DNA of 64,000 bases. Origin: Clostridia bacterium. GTDB lineage: Bacteria; Bacillota; Clostridia; TANB77; CAG-508. Under the pieces are notes generated by a model, which had not been told where the DNA came from, ran no database searches, and saw nothing but the letters and a program-made list of their open reading frames with translations. Numbering within the stretch: the first letter of the stretch is position 1; each line of letters opens with the position of its first letter. Made by a program: the position numbers and the translations under genes. Of the stretch, positions 11,533 to 21,085 are shown piece after piece. Where the stretch lies: NCBI GenBank assembly GCA_045643205.1, contig JAZUKI010000003.1:64001-128000 (forward strand), given 5' to 3'.

Positions 11533-12231
11533 TTATTTCTTTTCAATAACAAGTTTTCTATGTGGTTCTTCGCCAATACTATATGTTGTAACTATTTTAC
11601 TGTTTTGTAATGCTGTATGTAAAATTTTTCTTTCATATGCTGGCATTGGTTCTAATGTAATTTTCTTACCTGTTCTTTTTACTGTTTTTTCAAGTTTTTC
11701 AGCTAATTCTTTTAATGTTTTTTCTCTTTTATTTCTATATCCTTGAATATCTACTGAAACTCTTACTCTTAAATCTGTATCTTTGTTTCCTATTGTTGAA
11801 ACTAAATTTTGAATTGAGTTTATTACTTCTCCTCTATATCCAATTAATTTAGTGTTTTCATCATCATTAATTATTACTTTTAAATCTTTTTCAACTTGTT
11901 CAATTTCAAAAGTTATATCAGCATATGCTTTGCAGAAACTTTCTAAGAATTTGCTAATATTTTCTTTACATTTATCAACATCTTCTTGTGTAGGTTCTTT
12001 TCTTTCTTTCTTGACAGGTTCTTGATTTTCAGGTTTTTTAGCAACTGCATCTTCTCTGACAGTTAATTCTACTTTAACTACTCTTGGTGCTAATATACTA
12101 AAAAATGTTTTTTTATCTTCTTCTTCAAGAATTTTAATATCTACGCAATCCTTTGTTAGTCCTAATTCTTTAAGTCCTTTTTCAATTGCTTCTGTAGAAG
12201 TTTTTCCTTCAACAACTATTGATTTACCCAT
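11533..12231 (-). CDS. jag: Jag/KhpB (EloR) RNA-binding protein
   Basis: Jag_N domain, KH (LIGYRG), R3H (ERKILH...SIGEEPHR). Confidence 0.92.
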   Translation of the reverse strand: MGKSIVVEGKTSTEAIEKGLKELGLTKDCVDIKILEEEDKKTFFSILAPRVVKVELTVREDAVAKKPENQEPVKKERKEPTQEDVDKCKENISKFLESFCKAYADITFEIEQVEKDLKVIINDDENTKLIGYRGEVINSIQNLVSTIGNKDTDLRVRVSVDIQGYRNKREKTLKELAEKLEKTVKRTGKKITLEPMPAYERKILHTALQNSKIVTTYSIGEEPHRKLVIEKK

Positions 12232-12240
12232 TCTATCCTC

Positions 12241-13356
12241 CTAATTATTGTCTTCTTTATCAATAATTTTATTTACTACTATTCTTTCAATTAAGTTTAA
12301 TAAATTACTTGTTAACCAATATAATGAAAGTCCTAAAGGTGCTATCATTGAAATCATTATAGACATTATTGGCATTAAAAAGTTCATTCCTTTTGACATT
12401 CCTAATGTACCTTCTTCAAAGTCATCAGTTTCTTGATCAGCTTTTTTAATTTTTTCGAACTCTTTAATTTTCTTGTTTTTCTCTTCTCCGTCTTCTAATT
12501 CATCTATTTCAGCTTGAATTTTTTCATATCTTCTAGCTAATTCTGCACTTCTTCTTTCTTTCTTTTCTTTGCTTGTTTTTTGTTGTAATACTGTTGTGTA
12601 TTTCATATTAACTAAAGTAACTATTAAATATAAAATAGGTAAAATTAATACTTTAAAATCTTGCCAATTACTCATTGGAACTGCTGTTAAATCAAGGCCT
12701 AAGAAGCTCATATTTATATTTACTTCTTCATCTGTTGATCCAAATTTTTCAATGATTTTTATTTCTTCATAATTTGATTGTTGTTTAGTTTCTTCTGATT
12801 TGTTTTCATTGTTTTCTGTTTTATTTTCTGTATTTTCTTCTTTGTTCTCTTCTTTATTTTCTACGTTTTGATCTTTATTCTCTTCTTTATTTTCTTTTTC
12901 TGAATCTTTATTTTCAGATTCTTCTTTGTTTTCAGTTTTTTCTGTACTATCTACTTGTACTGTTTGTATTTTATTTTTGTAGTCTTCTATTTTATTACTA
13001 TCAATTTTTTTCATAAATGTTAATGGCTTTGAAACTAAATAGAATACTGCTATAAATATAACTAATTGTAATATTGTACTTAAGCAACCAGAAAAAGGAC
13101 TAATTCCTTCTCTTTTATATAAAGCCATAGTCTCTTGTTGAAGTTTTTCTTGATCGTTTCTGTACTTGAATTGTAGATTTTTCATCTCTTCTTGTACTTT
13201 TTGAGTCTTTTTCATACTCTTTTGTTGTTTGTATGATAATGGTAACATTATTAACTTCAATAATAATGAAAATAATAAAATTGCTACACCATAATTTTGT
13301 ACTAAATTATATAACCAATTTAATACATATCCAAATAAACTTGCTAACCAATCCAT
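12241..13356 (-). CDS. yidC: Membrane protein insertase YidC/Oxa1
   Basis: NYGVAI, LYKREGISPFSGCL, GLSLYW; synteny rnpA-yidD-yidC-jag. Confidence 0.93.
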   Translation of the reverse strand: MDWLASLFGYVLNWLYNLVQNYGVAILLFSLLLKLIMLPLSYKQQKSMKKTQKVQEEMKNLQFKYRNDQEKLQQETMALYKREGISPFSGCLSTILQLVIFIAVFYLVSKPLTFMKKIDSNKIEDYKNKIQTVQVDSTEKTENKEESENKDSEKENKEENKDQNVENKEENKEENTENKTENNENKSEETKQQSNYEEIKIIEKFGSTDEEVNINMSFLGLDLTAVPMSNWQDFKVLILPILYLIVTLVNMKYTTVLQQKTSKEKKERRSAELARRYEKIQAEIDELEDGEEKNKKIKEFEKIKKADQETDDFEEGTLGMSKGMNFLMPIMSIMISMIAPLGLSLYWLTSNLLNLIERIVVNKIIDKEDNN

Positions 13357-13374
13357 GCGAACTCCTTAAAATAT

Positions 13375-13584
13375 TTATTTTACTGGATCATATCCACCTT
13401 TTGAAAATGGATTACATCTCAATATTCTCCAAGTTCCTTTTATTATTCCTCTAAATGCTCCATACTTCTCTATCGCCTGTTTTGTATATTCTGAACAAGT
13501 TGGATAGTATTTACAATGAGGTTTTGTTCTTGAAGAAATATGTTTTTGATAAAAATTAATTAATTTTATAAAAAATTTTTTCAT
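13375..13584 (-). CDS. yidD: Membrane protein insertion efficiency factor YidD
   Basis: CKYYPTCSEY, RILRCNPF..GGYDPV. Confidence 0.95.
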   Translation of the reverse strand: MKKFFIKLINFYQKHISSRTKPHCKYYPTCSEYTKQAIEKYGAFRGIIKGTWRILRCNPFSKGGYDPVK

Positions 13585-13593
13585 AATTAATTC

Positions 13594-13938
13594 CTAATCT
13601 TCATTTAAAATTTGAACCTTTTTAAATGTTTTATATAGTTCTTCCTTAATAATTTCATATGATACATCTTCTATATTTGATTTTTTATTCCAAGTAAAAA
13701 CTATATCTAATGATTCATTTTTTAATTCAAAACTTTGATATGCACTTCTAATCAATCTTTTAATATGATTGCGTTTAACTGCATGTCCTAGCTTTGTACT
13801 TACGGCTATACCTATTCTATTGTAACCAAGATTATTTTTTAATGTATATATAATAACCTGATTATTTACAAAGTATCTCCCCTTATCAAAAACATTTTTG
13901 AATTCATAATTCATTTTTAATGTTTTTATCTTTTTCAT
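13594..13938 (-). CDS. rnpA: Ribonuclease P protein component
   Basis: RIGIAVSTKLGHAVKRNHIKRLIR (RNR motif). Confidence 0.93.
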   Translation of the reverse strand: MKKIKTLKMNYEFKNVFDKGRYFVNNQVIIYTLKNNLGYNRIGIAVSTKLGHAVKRNHIKRLIRSAYQSFELKNESLDIVFTWNKKSNIEDVSYEIIKEELYKTFKKVQILNED

Positions 13939-14018
13939 TGTTTTACCTTTACATAATCACATAATTAAAATCTTAAAAAAGGTCACATAGTTGATGTGAC
14001 CTTATTAATATATGTGAC

Positions 14019-14153
14019 TTAAGCACTAATCTTTTTTCTTCCTTTAGCACGTCTTGCACTTAAAACTTTTCTTCCTGTTGTAGAAGCCATTCTAGCTCTA
14101 AAACCATGAACTTTTTGAGTTTGTCTCTTTTTTGGTTGAAATGTTTGCTTCAT
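14019..14153 (-). CDS. rpmH: 50S ribosomal protein L34 (missing from ORF track)
   Basis: Manual translation [44 protein letters not shown]; SD GGAGG. Confidence 0.97.
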   Translation of the reverse strand: MKQTFQPKKRQTQKVHGFRARMASTTGRKVLSARRAKGRKKISA

Positions 14154-14451
14154 GTTTTTTACCTCCATCTTAATAATTATATTAAAGTTAGTTTTAAATT
14201 TTGCCGTTAAAAATTATGTAAAATTATAAACCAACTTGTATTTAAAAATAGCGATTTATATTATATAATACATACGGCTACAATGTCAAGAAAAATGGCT
14301 ATAAAAAAGACTTTTTTATTTTTTTAACTATTGACTATATGGTACATTTTTTGATAATATAGGCATGTATATTTTACTAAAGAAAAAATGTTATTTAATG
14401 CAATTTATATGCCTCTAAATAACGTTTTTATTTTTATGAAAGGAGTTTATT

Positions 14452-15783
14452 GTGGATAATATAAATGATCTTTTAATTAAAGCAAAAGAATTATTAAGAA
14501 ATGAAACAACAGAAATAACTTATGCTACATGGATTCAACCACTTGAAATTAAAAGCTTTAATGATAATACAATTATATTAATTGCATCTAATTCTTTTCA
14601 AATAGATACAATAGAAACTAGATATATAGATTTAATAACTAATACATTTAATTATATTACTAATAAAAAATGTAAAGTTCTTATAAAATTAGAAAGTGAA
14701 GCAATAGAGGATACAGTACCTGAAAATAATAATGTTTTTGTTAATAATAAAACTATATTAAACTCAGGTTTAAATCCTAAATATACATTTGATACATTCG
14801 TAGTAGGAAATAATAATAAATTTGCTCAAGCAGCAGCTATGGGGGTAGCTGAAAATCCAGGATCAAAATATAATCCATTTTTTATATTTGGAGGAGTAGG
14901 TCTTGGTAAGACTCACTTAATGCAAGCCATCGGAAATGAGGTTTTGAGAAACAATCCTAACGCATCAGTTTTATATATTTCATCTGAAAACTTCACAAAT
15001 CAATTGATTAATGCATTAAAAGATCAGTCTATGGATAAATTTAGAGATAAATACAGAAATATAGATGTTCTATTAATAGATGATATTCAATTTATAGCAG
15101 GAAAGAAGAGTACTCAAGAAGAATTCTTTAATACATTTAATGCTTTATATGATGCTCAAAAACAAATTATACTTTCTTGTGATAGACCACCTAGAGAAAT
15201 TGATTTATTAGATGATAGACTTCGTTCAAGATTTGAGTGGGGAATAACAGCCGATATTCAAAGTCCTGATTATGAAACAAGATTAGCAATATTAAGAAAG
15301 AAAATTCAATTAGAATCAATTGTTATTGATGATGAAATACTTTCATTAATTGCTACTAAAGTAGATTCAAATATTAGGGAACTTGAAGGTATCATAAATA
15401 AATTAATTGCAAAAGCATCACTTACAGAAACTCAAATTACAATAGAGATGGCACAAAGGGCAATAGATGATATAAAAGGGGAGACTAAAGTTATTTCATC
15501 TGATTATATACAAGATATTATAGCTAAATATTTTAATATTAGTGTTAATGATTTAAAAGGTCAAAAGAGATCTAACGATGTTACTTTTCCTAGACAAATT
15601 GCTATGTATTTATGTAGAAATGTTGCTCAAATGTCAATGCCTCAAATAGGTAGGGATTTCGGTAATAGAGACCATTCAACAGTAATGCATGCATGTACAA
15701 AAATAGAAAAAGAAATTAAAACAAATAGTAATACAAAATTGATTGTGGAAAGTGTTAAAAATTTATTATTATCTAATAAATAA
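14452..15783 (+). CDS. dnaA: Chromosomal replication initiator DnaA
   Basis: GGVGLGKTHL, DVLLIDDIQF, RLRSRFEWG, RDHSTVMHA; GTG start after AAAGGAG. Confidence 0.98.
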   Translation: MDNINDLLIKAKELLRNETTEITYATWIQPLEIKSFNDNTIILIASNSFQIDTIETRYIDLITNTFNYITNKKCKVLIKLESEAIEDTVPENNNVFVNNKTILNSGLNPKYTFDTFVVGNNNKFAQAAAMGVAENPGSKYNPFFIFGGVGLGKTHLMQAIGNEVLRNNPNASVLYISSENFTNQLINALKDQSMDKFRDKYRNIDVLLIDDIQFIAGKKSTQEEFFNTFNALYDAQKQIILSCDRPPREIDLLDDRLRSRFEWGITADIQSPDYETRLAILRKKIQLESIVIDDEILSLIATKVDSNIRELEGIINKLIAKASLTETQITIEMAQRAIDDIKGETKVISSDYIQDIIAKYFNISVNDLKGQKRSNDVTFPRQIAMYLCRNVAQMSMPQIGRDFGNRDHSTVMHACTKIEKEIKTNSNTKLIVESVKNLLLSNK

Positions 15784-15885
15784 TTGATAAATGAATAAAA
15801 ATTTAGGTTACATTAAAATATATGTTCGGTAAAAAAATGTTTCATTATAAAACCTCAAATAAGCCTTACGGAAACAATTGATTAG

Positions 15886-16073
15886 TTATCCACATACAGT
15901 TGTGGATACGATGTGTAAAATATGTTAATAACCATCAAAAAAATATTACAAATTAATAGTGTGAAAAACTAAAAATTTTATACACAAACTTATCAACATT
16001 AATTTAGGTTGAAATATAAATGAATAAATGAGTTATCCACATAATTAACATTACCTACTAATACTATTACTAT
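15886..16073. other. oriC: DnaA-box cluster plus DnaA-trio unwinding element
   Basis: TTATCCACA at 15886 and 16033, TTATACACA at 15978, TGTGAAAAA at 15960, near-matches at 15901 and 15990; trio-like TAC-TAA-TAC-TAT-TAC-TAT at 16056-16073 just before dnaN; plus-strand composition switches from T-rich to A-rich around here. Confidence 0.9.
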
Positions 16074-16109
16074 AAAAATAAAATTATTTAACAGAAAAGG
16101 AGAAATTCA

Positions 16110-17237
16110 ATGAAATTTGTTGTCGAAAAGGATAAATTACTTAAAGCCGTTAATTCCGTAGCTAAAGCTGTAGCTGTTAGAACAACTACACCTATATTAG
16201 AAGGAATATTAATTCAAACAAATGATAACAACGATATTAAATTAACATGTTATGATCAAGAATTAGGTATTGAATACATTATTAAAGATTGTGATGTAAA
16301 AGAACAAGGTGCAATAGTTGTTAATGCAACAATGTTTGGAGAAATAATAAGAAAATTACCTGATGCTGATATAGATATAGAAGTAAATAATAAAAACTTA
16401 TTAGTAATAGAATGTGAAAATTCATTATATAAATTAGCAACAATGAATGCAGATGAATATCCTGAATTACCAGAATTCACAGTTGAGAACACAGTAACAA
16501 TAGAACAAAATACATTAAAAGATATAATTACAAAAACAATTTTTGCTATATCTATAGAAGAAAATAGACCTATTTTTACAGGATGTTTATTTGAAATAAA
16601 AAATAATATATTAAATGTAGTAGCTGTTGATGGATTTAGATTAGCTTGGAAACAAAAAAATCTAACAGATAGTGTAAAAGATTTTTCAGCAGTTATTCCA
16701 GGAAGAACTTTATCAGAAGTAAATAAAATAATAGCTGATAATTTAGATACAGTTAAAATAGGTGTTTCTAAAAACCAAGCATTATTTGAAATAGAAAATT
16801 GTAAGATAGTTACTAGATTATTAGAAGGAGAATTCTTAAATTATTCAAAAGTTATACCAGAACAATGGGAAACAAGAGTTAGAGTTAATAGAGCTTTAGT
16901 TATGAATTGTTTTGATAGAATTAGTTTAATTTCTTCATCAAGTATAGAAAAAGAAAAGAAGTATCCAGTTAAAATAAATGTAGATACTAAAGGAATAAAA
17001 ATTTCATGTACTAATCAAACAGGTGATGCTAAAGAAGAATTAATAGTTACTACAGAAGGTAAAGAATTAGAAGCAGGATTTAATCCTAAATATTTCTTAG
17101 ATGTTTTAAGAAATATAGATGACGAAGAAGTATATATTGATTTTGGAACAGCAATTTCACCATGTATAGTAAGAAGTGTTGAAGATGATGGTGATTATAA
17201 ATATATGATTCTTCCAATTAGATTAAAAAATGATTAA
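16110..17237 (+). CDS. dnaN: DNA polymerase III beta clamp
   Basis: PILEGILI, VAVDGFRLA, GFNPKY, MILPIR. Confidence 0.97.
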   Translation: MKFVVEKDKLLKAVNSVAKAVAVRTTTPILEGILIQTNDNNDIKLTCYDQELGIEYIIKDCDVKEQGAIVVNATMFGEIIRKLPDADIDIEVNNKNLLVIECENSLYKLATMNADEYPELPEFTVENTVTIEQNTLKDIITKTIFAISIEENRPIFTGCLFEIKNNILNVVAVDGFRLAWKQKNLTDSVKDFSAVIPGRTLSEVNKIIADNLDTVKIGVSKNQALFEIENCKIVTRLLEGEFLNYSKVIPEQWETRVRVNRALVMNCFDRISLISSSSIEKEKKYPVKINVDTKGIKISCTNQTGDAKEELIVTTEGKELEAGFNPKYFLDVLRNIDDEEVYIDFGTAISPCIVRSVEDDGDYKYMILPIRLKND

Positions 17238-17242
17238 TTAAG

Positions 17243-17286
17243 AATAAGTTATTCACAATCTTTTTACTAATTGTGGATAACTTATT
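17243..17286. promoter_or_regulatory. Inverted pair of DnaA boxes forming a hairpin between dnaN and recF
   Basis: TTATTCACA (17249) and TGTGGATAA (17272) lie within 17-bp inverted arms with one mismatch. Confidence 0.7.
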
Positions 17287-17305
17287 TTATTTTTAAAGGA
17301 TAACA

Positions 17306-18352
17306 ATGTTTATAAAAAATATTAATGTAGAAAATTTTCGTAATTATGAAAATGAATTAATTGAATTTAATAAAAATATAAATGTTATTTATGGAAATAA
17401 TGCTCAAGGAAAAACAAATATACTTGAAGCAATATTTTTTAGTGCCTTTGGAAAATCTTTTAGAACATCAAAAGAAAAACAAGTTATAATGAAAGAAAAA
17501 GAATATTTTAAAATTCATACTGAATTTCAAAAGAAAGATAGAGATGGAAGTGTGGATTTGTTCCTAGGAGAAGATAAATCAATTTCTGTAAATGGTGTTA
17601 AGTTAAATAAATTAAGTGAATTATTAGGAAATATAAATATTGTAATTTTTTCACCAGAAGATATTAATTTATTAAAAGATGAATCAGCAGTTAGAAGAAA
17701 ATTTTTAGATATGATGATTAGTCAATTAAGAAAAAATTATATTTATAATTTAAATAATTATAAAAGAAATTTGGAGCAAAAAAATAATTACTTAAAATCT
17801 AGAAATGTTTCTGATGCAATGTTAGATGTATATGATGAAAAATTAGCTGAATATTCAGAAAATGTTTATCAATATAGAAATGAATTTATAGAAAAGATAA
17901 AAGAAAAAATAAAAGAGATTCATAATAAAATTACTGATGAAGAAATTTCAATAATATATAAAACAGATTGTAGTTCAAAAGAAAGTTGTTTAGAAAAATT
18001 AAAAAAGAATAGGGAGAAAGATAAGTATAGAGGTTTCTCATCTGTTGGTTGCCATAGAGATGACTTTAAAATTTTAATAAATGGAGATGAAGTTGATATT
18101 TATGGTTCTCAAGGACAAAATAGAACTGCAATATTATCATTAAAAATGGCAGAATTAGAAGTTATAAATGATGAAATAGGGGAATATCCTATTTTATTAC
18201 TTGATGACTTTATGTCAGAACTTGATCAAGATAGAATAACTAACTTTTTAAAGAACATAAATAACATACAGGTAATAATAACATGTACAGAAAAAATTGA
18301 TTTAGAAAATAGTGTTAATTTTTATGTAAACAATGGTAAAATTTTGTTGTAA
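17306..18352 (+). CDS. recF: DNA replication/repair protein RecF
   Basis: NFRNY, GNNAQGKTN, GSQGQNR, PILLLDD.MSELD. Confidence 0.96.
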   Translation: MFIKNINVENFRNYENELIEFNKNINVIYGNNAQGKTNILEAIFFSAFGKSFRTSKEKQVIMKEKEYFKIHTEFQKKDRDGSVDLFLGEDKSISVNGVKLNKLSELLGNINIVIFSPEDINLLKDESAVRRKFLDMMISQLRKNYIYNLNNYKRNLEQKNNYLKSRNVSDAMLDVYDEKLAEYSENVYQYRNEFIEKIKEKIKEIHNKITDEEISIIYKTDCSSKESCLEKLKKNREKDKYRGFSSVGCHRDDFKILINGDEVDIYGSQGQNRTAILSLKMAELEVINDEIGEYPILLLDDFMSELDQDRITNFLKNINNIQVIITCTEKIDLENSVNFYVNNGKILL

Positions 18353-18380
18353 TATCAAGGTTTTAAGAGTATAAAAATGC

Positions 18381-18409
18381 TTGACAAAAAGGTTTTTTAA
18401 ACATATAAT
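18381..18409 (+). promoter_or_regulatory. sigma-A promoter of gyrB
   Basis: Perfect TTGACA-N17-TATAAT. Confidence 0.8.
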
Positions 18410-18504
18410 ATGAAAGGTTAGAAAAGCTTGATTTTATTATAGTTTTAAGCATTTTTAAGGTGTAAAAAATTAAGTATAATTTTAACATAAAAACGGAGGA
18501 TTTA

Positions 18505-20421
18505 ATGGAAAAGTTCGATCATGAGTATAATGCAAATCAAATTCAAGTTTTAGAAGGATTAGAAGCAGTTAGAAAAAGACCAGGTATGTATATAGGATCT
18601 GTTTCAATAAGAGGATTACATCACTTAGTTTATGAAATTGTAGATAACTGTGTTGATGAAGCATTAGCTGGATATTGTAATAGAATAGAAATTAAAATTG
18701 AACCTGGAAATATAATTTCAGTACAAGATAATGGTAGAGGTATACCAGTTGATATACACCCTAAAACACATATTTCTGCAGCTGAAACAGTTTATACAGT
18801 TTTACATGCTGGTGGAAAATTTGGTGGAGACTCTGGATATAAAGTATCTGGTGGTTTACACGGTGTTGGTTCATCAGTTGTTAATGCTTTATCTGAATGG
18901 GCTGAAGTTACAATTAAAAGAGATGGTGGAATTCATCAAATGAAATTCCAAAGAGGAAAAACAGTTGAATCATTAAAAAGAATTGGTGATTCAAAAGAAA
19001 CAGGAACTTTAGTTAGATTCTTAGCAGATAGTGAAATTTTTGAAACACTTGAATATGATTATAATGTTTTAATGGAAAGAATGAGAGAAATGGCATTCTT
19101 AACAAAAGGACTTTATATTAGTATAGAAGATTTAAGAGGAGAAACACCAGTTAAAAATGAATTTCAATACGAAGGTGGATTAAGATCATTCGTAGAATTC
19201 TTAAATCAAAAGAAAGAAACATTACACAAAGATCCAATCTATATTGAAAAAACAATTCAAGAATATCCAATAGAAATTGCATTACAATATACAACATCAT
19301 ATTCTGAAAACACATTAACATTTGTTAATAACATAAATACAATAGAAGGTGGAACACATCTTGAAGGTTTCAGAAGAGCATTAACAAAAGTATTTAATCA
19401 ATACGCAAGAGATAAAGGAATGCTTAAAGAAAAAGATGAAAATTTATCAGGTGAAGACTGTAGAGAAGGTTTAACTTGTGTAATTTCAGTAGATGTTAAA
19501 GAACCACAATTCGAAGGTCAAACAAAAACAAAATTAGGAAATTCAAATGTTGCAGGTATTGTTCAATCATTAGTATCAGATGAATTATCTGCATTCTTAG
19601 AAGAAAATCCATCAGTAGCAAAAACTATTATTGGAAAATGTGTTAATGCAAAACTTGCTAGAGACGCAGCTAAGAAAGCTAGAGAAAATATTAGAAAGAA
19701 GAGTTCATTAGAAGTAACAACATTACCTGGAAAATTAGCAGATTGCTCAAGTAAGAATGCTGATGAATGTGAAGTATACATTGTCGAGGGAGACTCTGCA
19801 GGTGGATCAGCAAAACAAGGTAGAAACAGAAAATATCAAGCAATCTTACCTCTATGGGGTAAAATGCTTAATGTTGAAAAAGCAAGAGCTGATAAAATTT
19901 ATGATAACGATAAACTAAAACCAGTTATTCAAGCTATTGGTGCTGGTATTGGAGCAAACTTTGATGTATCAAAAATTAGATATGGAAAAGTTGTAATTAT
20001 GGCTGATGCCGATGTTGATGGTGCACATATTAGAACATTATTATTAACATTCTTCTTTAGATATATGAGACCATTAATTGAACAAGGACATGTTTTCTTA
20101 GCACAACCACCACTTTACAAAGTATCTAAAAAAGGAATGAAAGATGTTTACTGTTATACAGATGAACAACTTGATAATACAATGATTGAAGTTGGAAGAG
20201 ATAATGTTTCAATTCAACGTTACAAAGGTTTAGGAGAAATGAATCCTGAACAATTATGGGAAACAACAATGGATCCTGAAAGAAGAGTTTTTGTAAAAGT
20301 TACAATGGATGATGCTGAAAAAGCAAATGAAATTTTTTCAATATTAATGGGTGATGAAATTGAACCAAGAAGAAAATTCATTGAAGAAAATGCAAAATAT
20401 GTACAAAACTTAGATATATAA
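18505..20421 (+). CDS. gyrB: DNA gyrase subunit B
   Basis: LEAVRKRPGMYIG, SGGLHGVG, VEGDSAGGSA, DADVDG, QRYKGLGEM. Confidence 0.97.
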   Translation: MEKFDHEYNANQIQVLEGLEAVRKRPGMYIGSVSIRGLHHLVYEIVDNCVDEALAGYCNRIEIKIEPGNIISVQDNGRGIPVDIHPKTHISAAETVYTVLHAGGKFGGDSGYKVSGGLHGVGSSVVNALSEWAEVTIKRDGGIHQMKFQRGKTVESLKRIGDSKETGTLVRFLADSEIFETLEYDYNVLMERMREMAFLTKGLYISIEDLRGETPVKNEFQYEGGLRSFVEFLNQKKETLHKDPIYIEKTIQEYPIEIALQYTTSYSENTLTFVNNINTIEGGTHLEGFRRALTKVFNQYARDKGMLKEKDENLSGEDCREGLTCVISVDVKEPQFEGQTKTKLGNSNVAGIVQSLVSDELSAFLEENPSVAKTIIGKCVNAKLARDAAKKARENIRKKSSLEVTTLPGKLADCSSKNADECEVYIVEGDSAGGSAKQGRNRKYQAILPLWGKMLNVEKARADKIYDNDKLKPVIQAIGAGIGANFDVSKIRYGKVVIMADADVDGAHIRTLLLTFFFRYMRPLIEQGHVFLAQPPLYKVSKKGMKDVYCYTDEQLDNTMIEVGRDNVSIQRYKGLGEMNPEQLWETTMDPERRVFVKVTMDDAEKANEIFSILMGDEIEPRRKFIEENAKYVQNLDI

Positions 20422-20459
20422 AATTTTATTGTCGAAAAAATAAAAAAAAGAGAATACGT

Positions 20460-20499
20460 AAACTGCTTGAAAATATTGAATTTCAAGCAGTTTTATTTT
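20460..20499 (+). terminator. Intrinsic terminator after gyrB
   Basis: AAACTGCTTGAAA...TTTCAAGCAGTTT followed by T-rich tract. Confidence 0.65.
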
Positions 20500-20533
20500 A
20501 TGTTTTTTATAGAGAAAATAAGAAAGGAGATTA

Positions 20534-21064
20534 ATGTTTAATAAAAAAATAAATTCTATACAAAGTTGGTTTTATATAGATGATATTTTAGAAAACGGAA
20601 CAATACTAACAAAAGAAAATTGTAAAATAAAAATTTTAAAAGTTGAACCAATAAATTTTTTTCTTAGATCAGAAATGGAAAAGGAGGTAGTATTAAATTC
20701 ATATAAAAACATTTTTAAATCAATAGATTATGATATTCAAATTATAATTCAAAGTACAAAAGAAGATATATCAACAAACATAAATTATATAAAATCTAAA
20801 AACAAAGAAATTCTTAATCAAACCTCTAAACAGCAACAGCTGTTAAATCAATACATTGAATACATAGATAGTTTAAATCAAATAAAAAAATCTAATAATA
20901 AAAATTTCTATATAATTTTAAAAGAAAATTCTGAACAAAATTCAATAAATGAAAAAATAAATAAAATTAAAGAATTATTAGAACGTTGCGGTAATAAAAG
21001 TTCTTTAATTGAATCAAAAGATGAGTTAATAAAAATGATAGAAACGTTTTATAAAATAAAGTAA
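20534..21064 (+). CDS. TrsD/TraC-like VirB4-associated T4SS protein
   Basis: SIQSW...I...G.I.....KILKVEPINFFLRSE.E......Y.......IQIIIQS pattern typical of the small gene preceding virB4 in Gram-positive and Patescibacteria T4SS loci; immediately upstream of virB4; SD AAAGGAG. Confidence 0.65.
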   Translation: MFNKKINSIQSWFYIDDILENGTILTKENCKIKILKVEPINFFLRSEMEKEVVLNSYKNIFKSIDYDIQIIIQSTKEDISTNINYIKSKNKEILNQTSKQQQLLNQYIEYIDSLNQIKKSNNKNFYIILKENSEQNSINEKINKIKELLERCGNKSSLIESKDELIKMIETFYKIK

Positions 21065-21085
21065 AGATAGAGAAAGGAGAAAATA

